Shown piece after piece: positions 47,366-58,195 of a stretch of 64,000 bases of DNA. The position numbers and the translations under genes were made by a program. Source of the DNA: an uncultured Acidobacteriota bacterium (lineage in GTDB: Bacteria; Acidobacteriota; Thermoanaerobaculia; UBA5066; Gp7-AA6); the NCBI GenBank assembly GCA_963764715.1, contig CAVXTP010000008.1:32432-96431 (forward strand), read 5' to 3'. How positions within the stretch are numbered: position 1 is the stretch's first letter; every line of letters starts with the position of its first letter. The notes under the pieces were generated by a model. The model was not told the DNA's origin. It ran no database searches and saw only the letters and a program-made list of their open reading frames with translations.

Positions 47366-48298
47366 TCATCTCGGGGGGGTCGTCTCGCGCACGAGATAGC
47401 CGCGGCGCACCCGCGCGGCATCGAGCGTGCGCCAGAGGTACTCGCCGAGGACTCCGAGCGACAGGAGCTGCACGCCGGAGAAGAAGGCGAGCGCGACCAT
47501 GAGGGAGGTCCAGCCCTCGATCGGCAGCCCGTGGAAGAGCTTGTAGATGACGAGAAAGACGGCGTAGGCGAAGGCGGCGAGCGCGAGGAAGGCCCCCGCC
47601 ACCGACATCCAGCGCAGCGGCGCGTACGAGAACGAAACGACGGCGTCGATGAAGTACTTGAGCTTCTTGGCGAACGTCCAGCGCGAGCCGCCCTCCTCGC
47701 GCGCCGCGCGATCGTAGGGCACGAGCGCCGTCGCGAAGCCGCCCCAGAGGAGAAGACCCGGCAGCGACGTGTGAATCTCGCGGCTTTCGACGAGAAAGTC
47801 GATCGCGGGCCGGCCGATGAGGAAGCAGTCGAAGCCGCCCGCCGGCATCTCGGAGAAGGCGAGGCGGCGGAGCGTGCGGTAGTAGAACCCGGCCGCGGCG
47901 CGCGTCGCGAGCCCTTCAGGGCGGCTGCGCCGGACCGCGAGGACCGAGGTGGCGCCCCGCCGCCAGGCGGCGACCATCTCGGGCAGGAGCTCCGGAGGCT
48001 CCTGGAGGTCGGCCGAGAGGACGGCGGCCGCCTCGCCCTTCGCCTCGGCGAGTCCCGCCGTGATCGCCATCTGGGAGCCGAAGTTGCGGGTCAGGCGCAC
48101 GCCCCGGGCGCGGGGCCACTCCCGCGCGATCTCGCCGATGCGGTCCCAGGAAGCGTCGGCGGAGCCGTCATCGACGAAGACGACTTCCATGTCCCAGTCG
48201 GCGGCGTCGGCGATCGCGCGCAGCCGGCCGGCCAGGCGCGGCAGGCTCTCGGCGTTGAAGTACACGGGGACGACGACCGTGACGAGCTCGCGGCTCAC
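47366..48298 (-). CDS. GT2 polyprenol-phosphate glycosyltransferase (GtrB/ArnC-like)
   Basis: VDDGS.D, RNFG, ADLQEPP, two C-terminal TMs and LGEYLWR. Confidence 0.88.
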   Translation of the reverse strand: MSRELVTVVVPVYFNAESLPRLAGRLRAIADAADWDMEVVFVDDGSADASWDRIGEIAREWPRARGVRLTRNFGSQMAITAGLAEAKGEAAAVLSADLQEPPELLPEMVAAWRRGATSVLAVRRSRPEGLATRAAAGFYYRTLRRLAFSEMPAGGFDCFLIGRPAIDFLVESREIHTSLPGLLLWGGFATALVPYDRAAREEGGSRWTFAKKLKYFIDAVVSFSYAPLRWMSVAGAFLALAAFAYAVFLVIYKLFHGLPIEGWTSLMVALAFFSGVQLLSLGVLGEYLWRTLDAARVRRGYLVRETTPPR

Positions 48299-49428
48299 GG
48301 GTGCGCCTCGAAGAAGCCCCGGACCCCGGCGACGACGGATTCGACCTGCTCGTCGGTCAGCATCGGATGGCAGGGAAGCGAGACGACCGTCTCGCAGGCC
48401 GCTTCGGAGACCGGGAAGTCCCCCTTCCGGCCGCCGAGAAACGCGTAGGCCGGCTGAAGGTGGAGCGGAACCGGGTAATGCACGGCGGTCTCGATTCCCC
48501 GCGCCTTCAAGTGCTCCCGCAGAGCGTCGCGGCGAGCAAGTCGGACGGGGTAGAGGTGCCGCGCGGGCACCGTGCCCGGCCGCGTCGCCAGCCGCTCGAG
48601 CGGAAGGGTGGAGAACGCCGCGTCGTAGCGGCCCGCGATCGCGATCCGGCGCGCGTTCTCCTTCGCGAGGAACGGCAGCCTGGCCGAGAGGATCGCCGCC
48701 TGGAGCTCGTCGAGGCGGGAGTTCCATCCCTCCGTCTCGGCGAAGTCCCGGCGGCTCCAGCCGTACTGGCGCAGCCTCCGGAGGTTTTCGGCGACCCGGG
48801 CATCGGAGGTGGCCACGGCGCCGCCGTCGCCGTAGGCGCCGAGGTTCTTGGACGGGTAGAAGGAGAACGCCGCGGCCGCGCCGAACGTCCCGGCCGCGCG
48901 GCCCTCGAAGAGGGCGCCATGGCTCTGCGCGCAGTCCTCGAGGACCGTCAGCTTGCGCGTCGCGGCCAGCGGCATGAGCCCGGCCAGGTCCGCCACGCCG
49001 CCGTAGAGGTGCACGGGCAGAAGGAACCGCACGGCCGGGGTCAGGGCGCGCTCGACGCCGGCCGCGTCGAGGGTCAGCGTCGCGCGATCGACGTCGGCGA
49101 GAACCGGCCGCGCGCCGGCCATCCGGACGCCCGCGAGCGTCGGGCCGCAGGTGTTGGCCGGCAGCAGCACGCCGTCGTCCGGCCCGGCGCCGAGCGCCCG
49201 CAACGCGAGGGCGATGGCCTCGGTGCCGTTGGCGCAGGCCACGACGTGCGGGACGCCCAGGAAGCGGGCGAACGCTTCCTCGAATGCCGCGACTTCCTCT
49301 CCGAGGATGAACCAGCCGCGCTCGAGCACGCGGGCGACGGCCGCGTCGATCGCGTCTTTCTTGTCCCGGTAGTCGAGGGCGAGCGCCCCGAACGGGACCT
49401 TCGGCGGCGCCCCGGTGGCCGTGGTCAC
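48295..49428 (-). CDS. DegT-family sugar aminotransferase (FdtB-like)
   Basis: GWFILG, NGTEA, EDCAQSHG, SFYPSKNLGA.GDGG and NSRLDELQAA. Confidence 0.92.
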   Translation of the reverse strand: MTTATGAPPKVPFGALALDYRDKKDAIDAAVARVLERGWFILGEEVAAFEEAFARFLGVPHVVACANGTEAIALALRALGAGPDDGVLLPANTCGPTLAGVRMAGARPVLADVDRATLTLDAAGVERALTPAVRFLLPVHLYGGVADLAGLMPLAATRKLTVLEDCAQSHGALFEGRAAGTFGAAAAFSFYPSKNLGAYGDGGAVATSDARVAENLRRLRQYGWSRRDFAETEGWNSRLDELQAAILSARLPFLAKENARRIAIAGRYDAAFSTLPLERLATRPGTVPARHLYPVRLARRDALREHLKARGIETAVHYPVPLHLQPAYAFLGGRKGDFPVSEAACETVVSLPCHPMLTDEQVESVVAGVRGFFEAHP

Positions 49429-49988
49429 GGCTCTTCCCCGACGTCGCCCGCCGCCGGGTCGCGCCGGAATCGGCGGCCGCACGCGCAGGCGGCGGTCCCG
49501 TTCTCGAAACGCAGCGTCTTGCCGCAGCGGCAGACGTGGCCGTGGACCTGGGCGGGGGAGCCGTAGACCAGTGCGAAGTCGGGGACGTCCCGGGTCAGCA
49601 GCGACCCGGCGCCGACCATGGCGAAGCGCCCGACCGTCAGGCCCGGCAGGAGGATCGCGCCGGCGCCGAGGCTCGACCCCTCGCGAACGAGCGTTCGCGG
49701 GTAGGACTCCCGGTGATGGCCGCTCCGGGGACGCGGGTCGTTCGAGAAGATGACGCCGGGTCCGACGAAGACGTCGTCCTCGAGCGTGAGGGCGTCGTAG
49801 AGCGACACGCCGCACTTGACCGTGACGCGGTCGCCCAGAACCACGTCGTTCTCGATGAAGCACCGGTCGCAGATGTTGCAGTCGCGGCCGATCCGCGCGC
49901 CCGGGAGGATGTTGACGAACGCCCAGATGCGGGTCCCGTCGCCGATCGCCGACGTGGCGACGAGGGCCGTGGGGTGGATCGAGAGCAT
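49425..49988 (-). CDS. Hexapeptide-repeat sugar N-acyltransferase with a C-terminal Cys cluster
   Basis: IHPTA, IGRDCNICD, FSND..PRS and CRCG...CACG. Confidence 0.88.
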   Translation of the reverse strand: MLSIHPTALVATSAIGDGTRIWAFVNILPGARIGRDCNICDRCFIENDVVLGDRVTVKCGVSLYDALTLEDDVFVGPGVIFSNDPRPRSGHHRESYPRTLVREGSSLGAGAILLPGLTVGRFAMVGAGSLLTRDVPDFALVYGSPAQVHGHVCRCGKTLRFENGTAACACGRRFRRDPAAGDVGEEP

Positions 49989-50099
49989 TCCTGGGCCGGA
50001 GCTTAACCCAGGAACGGGCGGCGCCGCGGACCGCGCCGTGTCGCCGGCGCGGCCGGGTCCCTTCCGGTCGAGGGGCGGAGCTTCGCCCGGGCGCCGCCG

Positions 50100-51680
50100 C
50101 TACTCCTTTTCGGACGGGTCGTTGAAGAGCGCCGTGAGCCGAATGCTCCCGTGGCCGAACTGAGGGAACGACGGAACGCTCGGGTCCCCGGGGTCGAGAT
50201 TCGAAGCCGTGTCGTCGGGCGGGAACAATACCAGCGACCGCAGAAACTCGAGGACCGCCCCCCGCCTCTCGGCGTTGAGGTTCTCAAATGCGTCCCGGGA
50301 ACGCTGGGCCTCCTGGCCGTGCCGGAGGATCACCTCGGTCAGGTTGATGCTTCGCCCGTCGTGGCCGTAGGAAATCCTGCTGCCGACGCCCCAGAGCGGC
50401 CGCGTCAGGAACTCCTTCTGCAGGGTGCCGTCCCAGTTACGCTCGTGGAAGTTCGGTCCCAGGTCGTGGCGCTTGAAGTCCGTCAGGATGTTACGCACGA
50501 CGAAGGGGCCGTTCTTCGGCTTCTTCAGCGCCGGGAAACCGCTGCCGTCGTCGACGGAGTCGGCAAGAGCCGTCGCCGTCGCGAAGAGGCTGTTCAGGAT
50601 TCCGCGCTCCCGGTCGTAGGCCGTCTCCACGTCGGCGACCCGGCGGTCGTGGTCGATCGCGAGGTCGGGAACGTGGCAGGAGGCGCAACCAATCTGCTTG
50701 AACGTGTTGAGCCCTCGCCGCGTGACCTCCGTCTGCCGGTAGGTGGCGGGCTTGAAATAGTTGAGCAGGTAGAACTCGAGATAGTCGACGAGGGCCGTCG
50801 GGATCTCGTTGCCGGCGACGTCGCCGTCGGGCTCGAAGGCCGGGTTCGGGACGGGCGGACCTTCGATCCGGTCGAGCGTCCCGTCGAGGACCATCCCGGC
50901 CGGCGTCGTCGCCCGCCCGGGCGCGACGGCCCGCGCCAGTTCCGGGTCGGCGGCGTCGAGGCCCATCTCCCCGTGGAGGGCTCCGACGACGAACTCGCGG
51001 ATCGAGATGGTTCCGCCGTGCGCGAAGAACGGCCGGACCCGGAGATCGGGGTCGACGCCCTGAACGCGGGTCGTGTCGACCGAGCCGTTCGGGTTGGCCG
51101 TGATCCATCCGTAGTCGATGTCCTTGGCGACCAGCTTCTTCGTCGCGGGACGGCCGTCGCGCTGGGCGGCCAGGATGGCGGCCGCGCGAATCTGCCGGAG
51201 CCGTCCGGTGATCTCGTCGGCCAGCATCTCCTTCAGGCCCAGCCCGAAGAGGTGCGGCGCGTCTCGGCTGTCGGGGCGGGTCACGACGTCTCCACCGCTG
51301 CCCGCCGAGCCGCGGGGGCGGCCATGGCAGCCGGCGCAGCTGTCCGAGAGACCCGCGCCGATCGCGATCGTCGTGTTGAGGTCGCCGCCGCCGTCTCCGA
51401 CCCCGGGGCCCTGGAGCTGGAGCCGGGTGAACTTGCGCTGGAAGATCTGGCGCCCCCGGCGGATGGCGCGATAGGGATCGCGGCTGATCAGGAACGACGC
51501 CGAGTCCGGGGTCGTCCAGTTCCCCCGGCCTGCGCCGATCTCCTGCGCGAGCGACTTGTGAATGCCGTCCTGCGCCAGGTTCGGCGCCTGCGTCGAATCG
51601 ATCATCTGGCCCGGCGCCGCCGGCGAAACGACAACCCCCGCCAGAAGCAGCCAGCCCGCGAAGCGATGCCGGTTCCGCAT
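50100..51680 (-). CDS. Secreted di-heme oxidoreductase (DHOR-like) cytochrome c
   Basis: Signal peptide, CAGCH and CASCH heme motifs, RDAPHLFGLG, TDFKRHDLG, T.PLWGVG and HDGR. Confidence 0.82.
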   Translation of the reverse strand: MRNRHRFAGWLLLAGVVVSPAAPGQMIDSTQAPNLAQDGIHKSLAQEIGAGRGNWTTPDSASFLISRDPYRAIRRGRQIFQRKFTRLQLQGPGVGDGGGDLNTTIAIGAGLSDSCAGCHGRPRGSAGSGGDVVTRPDSRDAPHLFGLGLKEMLADEITGRLRQIRAAAILAAQRDGRPATKKLVAKDIDYGWITANPNGSVDTTRVQGVDPDLRVRPFFAHGGTISIREFVVGALHGEMGLDAADPELARAVAPGRATTPAGMVLDGTLDRIEGPPVPNPAFEPDGDVAGNEIPTALVDYLEFYLLNYFKPATYRQTEVTRRGLNTFKQIGCASCHVPDLAIDHDRRVADVETAYDRERGILNSLFATATALADSVDDGSGFPALKKPKNGPFVVRNILTDFKRHDLGPNFHERNWDGTLQKEFLTRPLWGVGSRISYGHDGRSINLTEVILRHGQEAQRSRDAFENLNAERRGAVLEFLRSLVLFPPDDTASNLDPGDPSVPSFPQFGHGSIRLTALFNDPSEKE

Positions 51681-51806
51681 GTCGCCCCCCTCGCGTACGC
51701 GCCCGCGGCCCCCTTTGGGCCCCGGGCCTCGGACGCCATCGATCGGTGAATCCCCTACTTGAGAAAGCGGAATCGGGGGGGGAAAGACGACAGCCGGTTC
51801 GGGCGG

Positions 51807-52787
51807 TCAGAAGTACTCGGCTCGATGCCTTTCGTAAAAGTCGACGGTCCGCGCCAGGCCCTCTCGGAGCGCCACCTTCGGCTCCCAGCCGAGGAGGCGG
51901 CGGATCTTCGTGATGTCGGAGACGAAGTCTCCGGGCTCCTGGGCCTTGCGCTCGGGCGTGAAGTCGGTGAACTCGAGCTTCGTCCCGGGGACGAGGTCGC
52001 GGAGGGTCTCGGCGACCTCGAGAAAGGTCGACGGCCGGTCGTGTCCGACGTTGAGGATTTCCCCGACGGCGAGCGGCGAGGCCGCGGCGAGGAGCAGGGC
52101 CTCGACGCAGTCATCGACGTACAGGAAGTCGCGCAGGATCCGGCCCGAGCCGAAGATCGGGATCGGGCGCCCCTCGAGGGCGAGGCGCACGAACCAGTTC
52201 ACGACGCCGAACTGCGAGTGCTTCATCTGGCCCCGCGGGCCGTAGATGTTGGTCAGGCGCAGGGGCACGGTGCGGATCCCGTGGATGCGGGTGTACGTGC
52301 GGCAGATCATCTCGGCCGAGAGCTGCGAGATCTCGTAGATGCCCCGCGGGTCCGACGGCGTCTCCTCCGAGACCGGAAGGCGCACGGCGGGGCCGTACTG
52401 ACCGCGGGTGCCCGAGCGGACCACCACGGCGCGCGGGTTCTTCGCCCGGCAGGCCTCGAGGACGACGGCCGTTCCCTTGATGTTGATGTCGATGTCGGGG
52501 TAGGGATTCGACAGCGACATCACGTGGGAGACCTGGGCCGCGAGGTGGAAGACGACGTCGCGGCCGGCGACGAGGCGCTCCATCGCGGCCGCGTCGCGCA
52601 CGTCGGACGGGTCGACCTCGACCTTCGACCGGATCTCGCGGATGTTCGCGGGATTGCCGCCGTAGCCCTCGATGAGCGCGTCGCAGAGGGTGACGCGGGC
52701 GCCTTCGGCGACGAGGCGGGCGGCGAGGTTCGAGCCGATGAAGCCCAGTCCGCCGGTGATCAGGATGTTCGCGCCGTGGAAACTCAT
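51807..52787 (-). CDS. NAD-dependent epimerase/dehydratase (extended SDR)
   Basis: TGGLGFIGS, HLAAQ, RLTNIYGP and RDFLYVDD. The catalytic YxxxK appears as YEISQ. Confidence 0.9.
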   Translation of the reverse strand: MSFHGANILITGGLGFIGSNLAARLVAEGARVTLCDALIEGYGGNPANIREIRSKVEVDPSDVRDAAAMERLVAGRDVVFHLAAQVSHVMSLSNPYPDIDINIKGTAVVLEACRAKNPRAVVVRSGTRGQYGPAVRLPVSEETPSDPRGIYEISQLSAEMICRTYTRIHGIRTVPLRLTNIYGPRGQMKHSQFGVVNWFVRLALEGRPIPIFGSGRILRDFLYVDDCVEALLLAAASPLAVGEILNVGHDRPSTFLEVAETLRDLVPGTKLEFTDFTPERKAQEPGDFVSDITKIRRLLGWEPKVALREGLARTVDFYERHRAEYF

Positions 52788-52851
52788 CCAGGCCCTATCC
52801 TAACGCTAAGCTACGGCAAATCAATGCGTTGCAGCTGACTCATCTCGAGTA

Positions 52852-52878
52852 CTAGCACTCGATGGAGACGAGTGCTAG
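52852..52878. promoter_or_regulatory. CIRCE element (HrcA operator)
   Basis: CTAGCACTC-N9-GAGTGCTAG upstream of groES. Consensus is TTAGCACTC-N9-GAGTGCTAA. Confidence 0.93.
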
Positions 52879-52952
52879 TATCCACATCCCCCCGGGACGG
52901 CTTACGAGGCGGCCCGGAGGCAACACAAAAAGGCAACTAAGGAGGCGAGTTC

Positions 52953-53243
52953 ATGAAGATTCGGCCACTCTACGATCGGATCCTGGTCAAGCGTCTGGAA
53001 GAGGGTGAGAAGAAGCGGGGCGGGATCATCATCCCGGACACCGCGAAGGAGAAGCCGATGGAGGCGGAAGTCGTCGCCGTCGGCAAGGGCAAGGTGAACG
53101 AGGAAGGCAAGCAGTTCCCGCTCGACGTCAAGAAGGGCGACCGCATCCTCATCGGCAAGTACGCCGGCACCGAGATCAAGATCGACGAAGTCGAGCACCT
53201 CATTCTCCGCGAGGACGAAGTGCTCGCGGTCGTCGAGAAGTAA
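52953..53243 (+). CDS. groES: Co-chaperonin GroES
   Basis: [21 protein letters not shown] and KYAGTE. TAAGGAGG RBS. Confidence 0.98.
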   Translation: MKIRPLYDRILVKRLEEGEKKRGGIIIPDTAKEKPMEAEVVAVGKGKVNEEGKQFPLDVKKGDRILIGKYAGTEIKIDEVEHLILREDEVLAVVEK

Positions 53244-54899
<1,656 letters not shown>

Positions 54900-54921
54900 T
54901 CTCCCGTTTCCGATCGATTCG

Positions 54922-54950
54922 AAGCCCCGGCGCGAGCCGGGGCTTTTTTT
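54922..54950 (+). terminator. Rho-independent terminator of groESL
   Basis: AAGCCCCGGC-GCGA-GCCGGGGC followed by T7. Confidence 0.92.
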
Positions 54951-54963
54951 ATACTGGGGGCAA

Positions 54964-55869
54964 GTGAGCCTCTCCGGCGACCGCGTCAGCGCCGTCATCG
55001 TCCACTACCGCACGCCGGCGGAGACCGAGCGGGCGGCCCGGGCGGTGGCGGAGACGTCGCCCGGGACCGAGATCGTGGTCGTCGACAACGCGTCCGGGGA
55101 CGGCGTGGCCGCGAGGCTCGCGGCCGGACTGCCGGCGGCGCGGGTCGTGGCCGAGCCCGTCAATCGCGGGTACGGCGCGGCCTGCAACCGCGGCGCGCGC
55201 GAGACCGCCCGGCCCTACCTGCTCTTCCTGAACTCCGACGCCTACGCGCGCCCGGGCTCCGTCGACGCTCTCGCCGCCGCGCTCGACGCCGATCCGCGCG
55301 CGGCCGCCGCCGGACCGCGGCTTCTTTTCCCCGACGGCTCGCTCCAGCGGTCGATCCGCCGGCTCCCGTCGCCGTGGCGGATCTTCTGCGAGAGCTCCGG
55401 GCTGGCGTTTCTCTCGGGCGGCCGGGGGCTTCTTTCGGGACACGCGGCGACGCGGCAGGACCACGGGACGCCGCGGGAGGTCGAAGCGCTCATGGGCGCC
55501 GTCCTGCTCGTGCGCCGTGAGGCCTTCGAGGAGGTCGGTGGCTTCGACGAGACGTTCTTTCTCTACGCCGAGGAGACGGATCTGATGGCGCGCTGGCGCC
55601 GGGCCGGCTGGCGGATCCTCTTCACGCCGGCCGCCGAGTTCGTTCACGAGGGGGGCCGGTCGGGCGGGGAACGCCTCTTCGGGCAGCTCCACGCCTCGCT
55701 CGCGCGTTACGCCGCGAAGCATCACGGGCCCGCGGCCGCGCGTTTCGTGCGGGCGGCGCTTTCGGCCGGCGCCGCCGCCCGGTACGGCGCGGCCCTCCTG
55801 ACTCCGGGCGAGACCGGGCGCCGGCGGCGCGCCCGCTATCGCGCGGCGCTCGCGGGGCCGGCGCGATGA
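54964..55869 (+). CDS. GT2 glycosyltransferase (WbbL-like)
   Basis: VVDNAS.D, N.GYGAACN, FLNSD and GGFDE.FFLYAEE.D motifs. Confidence 0.88.
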   Translation: MSLSGDRVSAVIVHYRTPAETERAARAVAETSPGTEIVVVDNASGDGVAARLAAGLPAARVVAEPVNRGYGAACNRGARETARPYLLFLNSDAYARPGSVDALAAALDADPRAAAAGPRLLFPDGSLQRSIRRLPSPWRIFCESSGLAFLSGGRGLLSGHAATRQDHGTPREVEALMGAVLLVRREAFEEVGGFDETFFLYAEETDLMARWRRAGWRILFTPAAEFVHEGGRSGGERLFGQLHASLARYAAKHHGPAAARFVRAALSAGAAARYGAALLTPGETGRRRRARYRAALAGPAR

Positions 55870-57053
55870 AGCCCGCGCTCGTCAGCGTTCTGTCGAGGCC
55901 GCCCCACGACTCGCGGGACGGCCTCGCCATCCGCAATTTTCACCTGCTCTCCGGCCTCTCCGAGTTCTTCCGCGTGCGGGCGCTTTCCCTGTCCGATCCC
56001 GAGAGGCTCTACGCCGGGCAGTGGCCCGCCGGCGTCGAGTTCGAGCTCGTCCCCCAGACGCCGCGCACGGCGCGGCGCATCGCGGCGGCGGCCGGCAGCC
56101 TTTTCGCCGGCGGCGCATACTCGGAGCGCCTGTACCGCTCCGCGGACCTCGCGCGGCGGGCCGCACGGCTTTGCGCGGCGGAGAGGCCGAAGTGGGTCGT
56201 GGCCCATGCGTACCACGTCGCCCCGGCCGCGCTCGGCGCAGGCGTGCCGGCCTGGATCGACTTCCACAACCTCGATTCCGAGATCTGGCGCCGCACTGCC
56301 GAGATGGAGGGACGAGGGTTCGTCCGGGCCTTCGCCCGCCTCCAGGCGGACCGCGTCGCGGCGCTCGAGCGCTCCCTGGCCGACGCCGCGGCGGGCGTCT
56401 CGTGCGTGTCGGCCCGGGACGCGAAGGCCCTGCGCGCGCTCGGTGTCCGGCACGAGCCCCTCGTCGTCCCCAACGGCGTCGACCTCGAGCGGCACGCTCG
56501 GCGGCGCGCTCCCGCGTCCAGCGAGATGGTCTTCTTCGTCGGAGACCTCTCCTGGCCTCCGAACGCCGACGGCGTGCGCTGGTTCCTCCGGGAGGTTTGG
56601 CCCCGCGTGCGGAGCCTCCGGCCTTCGGCGCGGGCCGAGATCCTGGGACGCGAGGCGCCGGCGGACCTCGCGCGGCTCGCCGGCGAGGGCGTCGCGCTGC
56701 TCGGAGAGGGCGGCGATGCCCGTGACGGCTGGGCGCGGGCGTCGGTCGCCATCGTGCCGCTGCGGGCGGGCGGCGGAACGCGCCTCAAGATCCTGGAGGC
56801 CGCCGCGAGCGGCGTGCCGGTCGTCTCGACGTCGATCGGGGCCGAAGGGCTCGAGTTCGGGGCCGACGAGATCCGGATCCGCGACGAGGCCGGCCCGTTC
56901 GCCGAGGCCGTCGCCGGGCTCCTCGGCGACGCAGTCGCCGCGGCGCGACAGGCCGGAGCGGCCCGGTCGCGCGTCGAGGGCTCCTACGGCTGGGGACCGA
57001 TCGCGCGCGCCTTCGCGCTCGAGCTCGCGCGGCGCGCGGGAGTCGCCGCGTGA
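55866..57053 (+). CDS. GT4 glycosyltransferase
   Basis: PNGVD, PNADG..WF, GGGTRLKILEA...G.PVVST and GAEGL. Confidence 0.88.
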   Translation: MKPALVSVLSRPPHDSRDGLAIRNFHLLSGLSEFFRVRALSLSDPERLYAGQWPAGVEFELVPQTPRTARRIAAAAGSLFAGGAYSERLYRSADLARRAARLCAAERPKWVVAHAYHVAPAALGAGVPAWIDFHNLDSEIWRRTAEMEGRGFVRAFARLQADRVAALERSLADAAAGVSCVSARDAKALRALGVRHEPLVVPNGVDLERHARRRAPASSEMVFFVGDLSWPPNADGVRWFLREVWPRVRSLRPSARAEILGREAPADLARLAGEGVALLGEGGDARDGWARASVAIVPLRAGGGTRLKILEAAASGVPVVSTSIGAEGLEFGADEIRIRDEAGPFAEAVAGLLGDAVAAARQAGAARSRVEGSYGWGPIARAFALELARRAGVAA

Positions 57054-58195
57054 GCGTCCTCGCCGTGGGTCTGGCCGGACTGTCGCTCGTCCTGCTCGCG
57101 TGGTCGTATCTCGTCTACCCGCCGCTCGTCGCGTGGATGGCGGCCCGGCGTCCCGCCGCGCCGGAACCGGGCGCCGCGCTCCCGGAATCGGCGGAGGTCC
57201 TCGTATCGGCCGCCGACGAGGAGGAGGTCATCGGTCGCCGCGTCCGCGACCTGCTCGCCCAGGACGGCGTGCCGGGCTACCGGATCACGATCGGCTGCGA
57301 CGGTTGCCGGGACGCGACGGCGGCGCGGGCTCGCGAAGCGGCCGCCGGGGCCGGTAACGTGCGCGTCGTCGAGTTTCCGGAGCGCCGCGGGAAGGCGGCC
57401 GTGCTGAACGACCTGCTGGCCACGTCGACCGCCGAGGTCCTCGTCTTCACGGACGCGAACACGCGCTTCGAGCCCGGCGCGGTGCGCGCCCTCCTCGAGG
57501 CCGTCGCCGCGCCCGGCGTCGGGGCGGCGTGCGGACGGCTGGTCTTCGAGACCCCTTCCGGCGGCCGATCCACGCCCGAGGCGGCGTACTGGGACCGCGA
57601 GACGCGGCTCAAGGAGTCCGAGGGCGCGCTCGGCGCGTGCCTCGGCGCCAACGGCGGCATCTACGCCGCGCGCCGCGCGCTCGTGCGGCCGCTGCCTCCG
57701 GACACGACCTCGATGGACGATTTTCTGATTCCGGTGCGCGCGGCCCGCGAGGGAGCGCGCGTGGTGTTCGCGGCCCGGGCCCTCGCCCGCGAAGACGCCG
57801 CGCGGGACGCCGCGGCCGAAGCGTCCCGCCGGCTGCGGATCGGGATCGGCGCCGGGCAGGTGCTGCGGCGCGAGCTCTGGCTCTGGAACGCCGCCGCCCA
57901 CCCCGTGCTGACACTCGCCTACGTCTCGCGCAAGGTCGCCCGGTGGCTCGCGCCGCTGGCGGCGCTCGGCGCCGCGGCCGCCGCGCTCCTCGTCCCGGGC
58001 GCCCGGACGGCGGGGGCATGCGCGCTCGGCCTCGCGGCGCTCCTCGGGCTTTCGGCGCGTCTTCGCCTCCCGCTCTCGGGCCCGCTCGGGAGGCTCTATT
58101 ATTTCGCCGTGTTGAACGTGGCTCTCGCCCTCGGCGTCGCCGCGGGTCTTCTGGGGCACAGCCGTCCGTTCTGGGCGCGGACGGCGCGCTCCTGA
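57050..58195 (+). CDS. Membrane GT2 glycosyltransferase
   Basis: SYLVYP, RGKA..LN, FTDAN, GANGGIYA and DDF motifs, with C-terminal TMs. Confidence 0.85.
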   Translation: MSVLAVGLAGLSLVLLAWSYLVYPPLVAWMAARRPAAPEPGAALPESAEVLVSAADEEEVIGRRVRDLLAQDGVPGYRITIGCDGCRDATAARAREAAAGAGNVRVVEFPERRGKAAVLNDLLATSTAEVLVFTDANTRFEPGAVRALLEAVAAPGVGAACGRLVFETPSGGRSTPEAAYWDRETRLKESEGALGACLGANGGIYAARRALVRPLPPDTTSMDDFLIPVRAAREGARVVFAARALAREDAARDAAAEASRRLRIGIGAGQVLRRELWLWNAAAHPVLTLAYVSRKVARWLAPLAALGAAAAALLVPGARTAGACALGLAALLGLSARLRLPLSGPLGRLYYFAVLNVALALGVAAGLLGHSRPFWARTARS

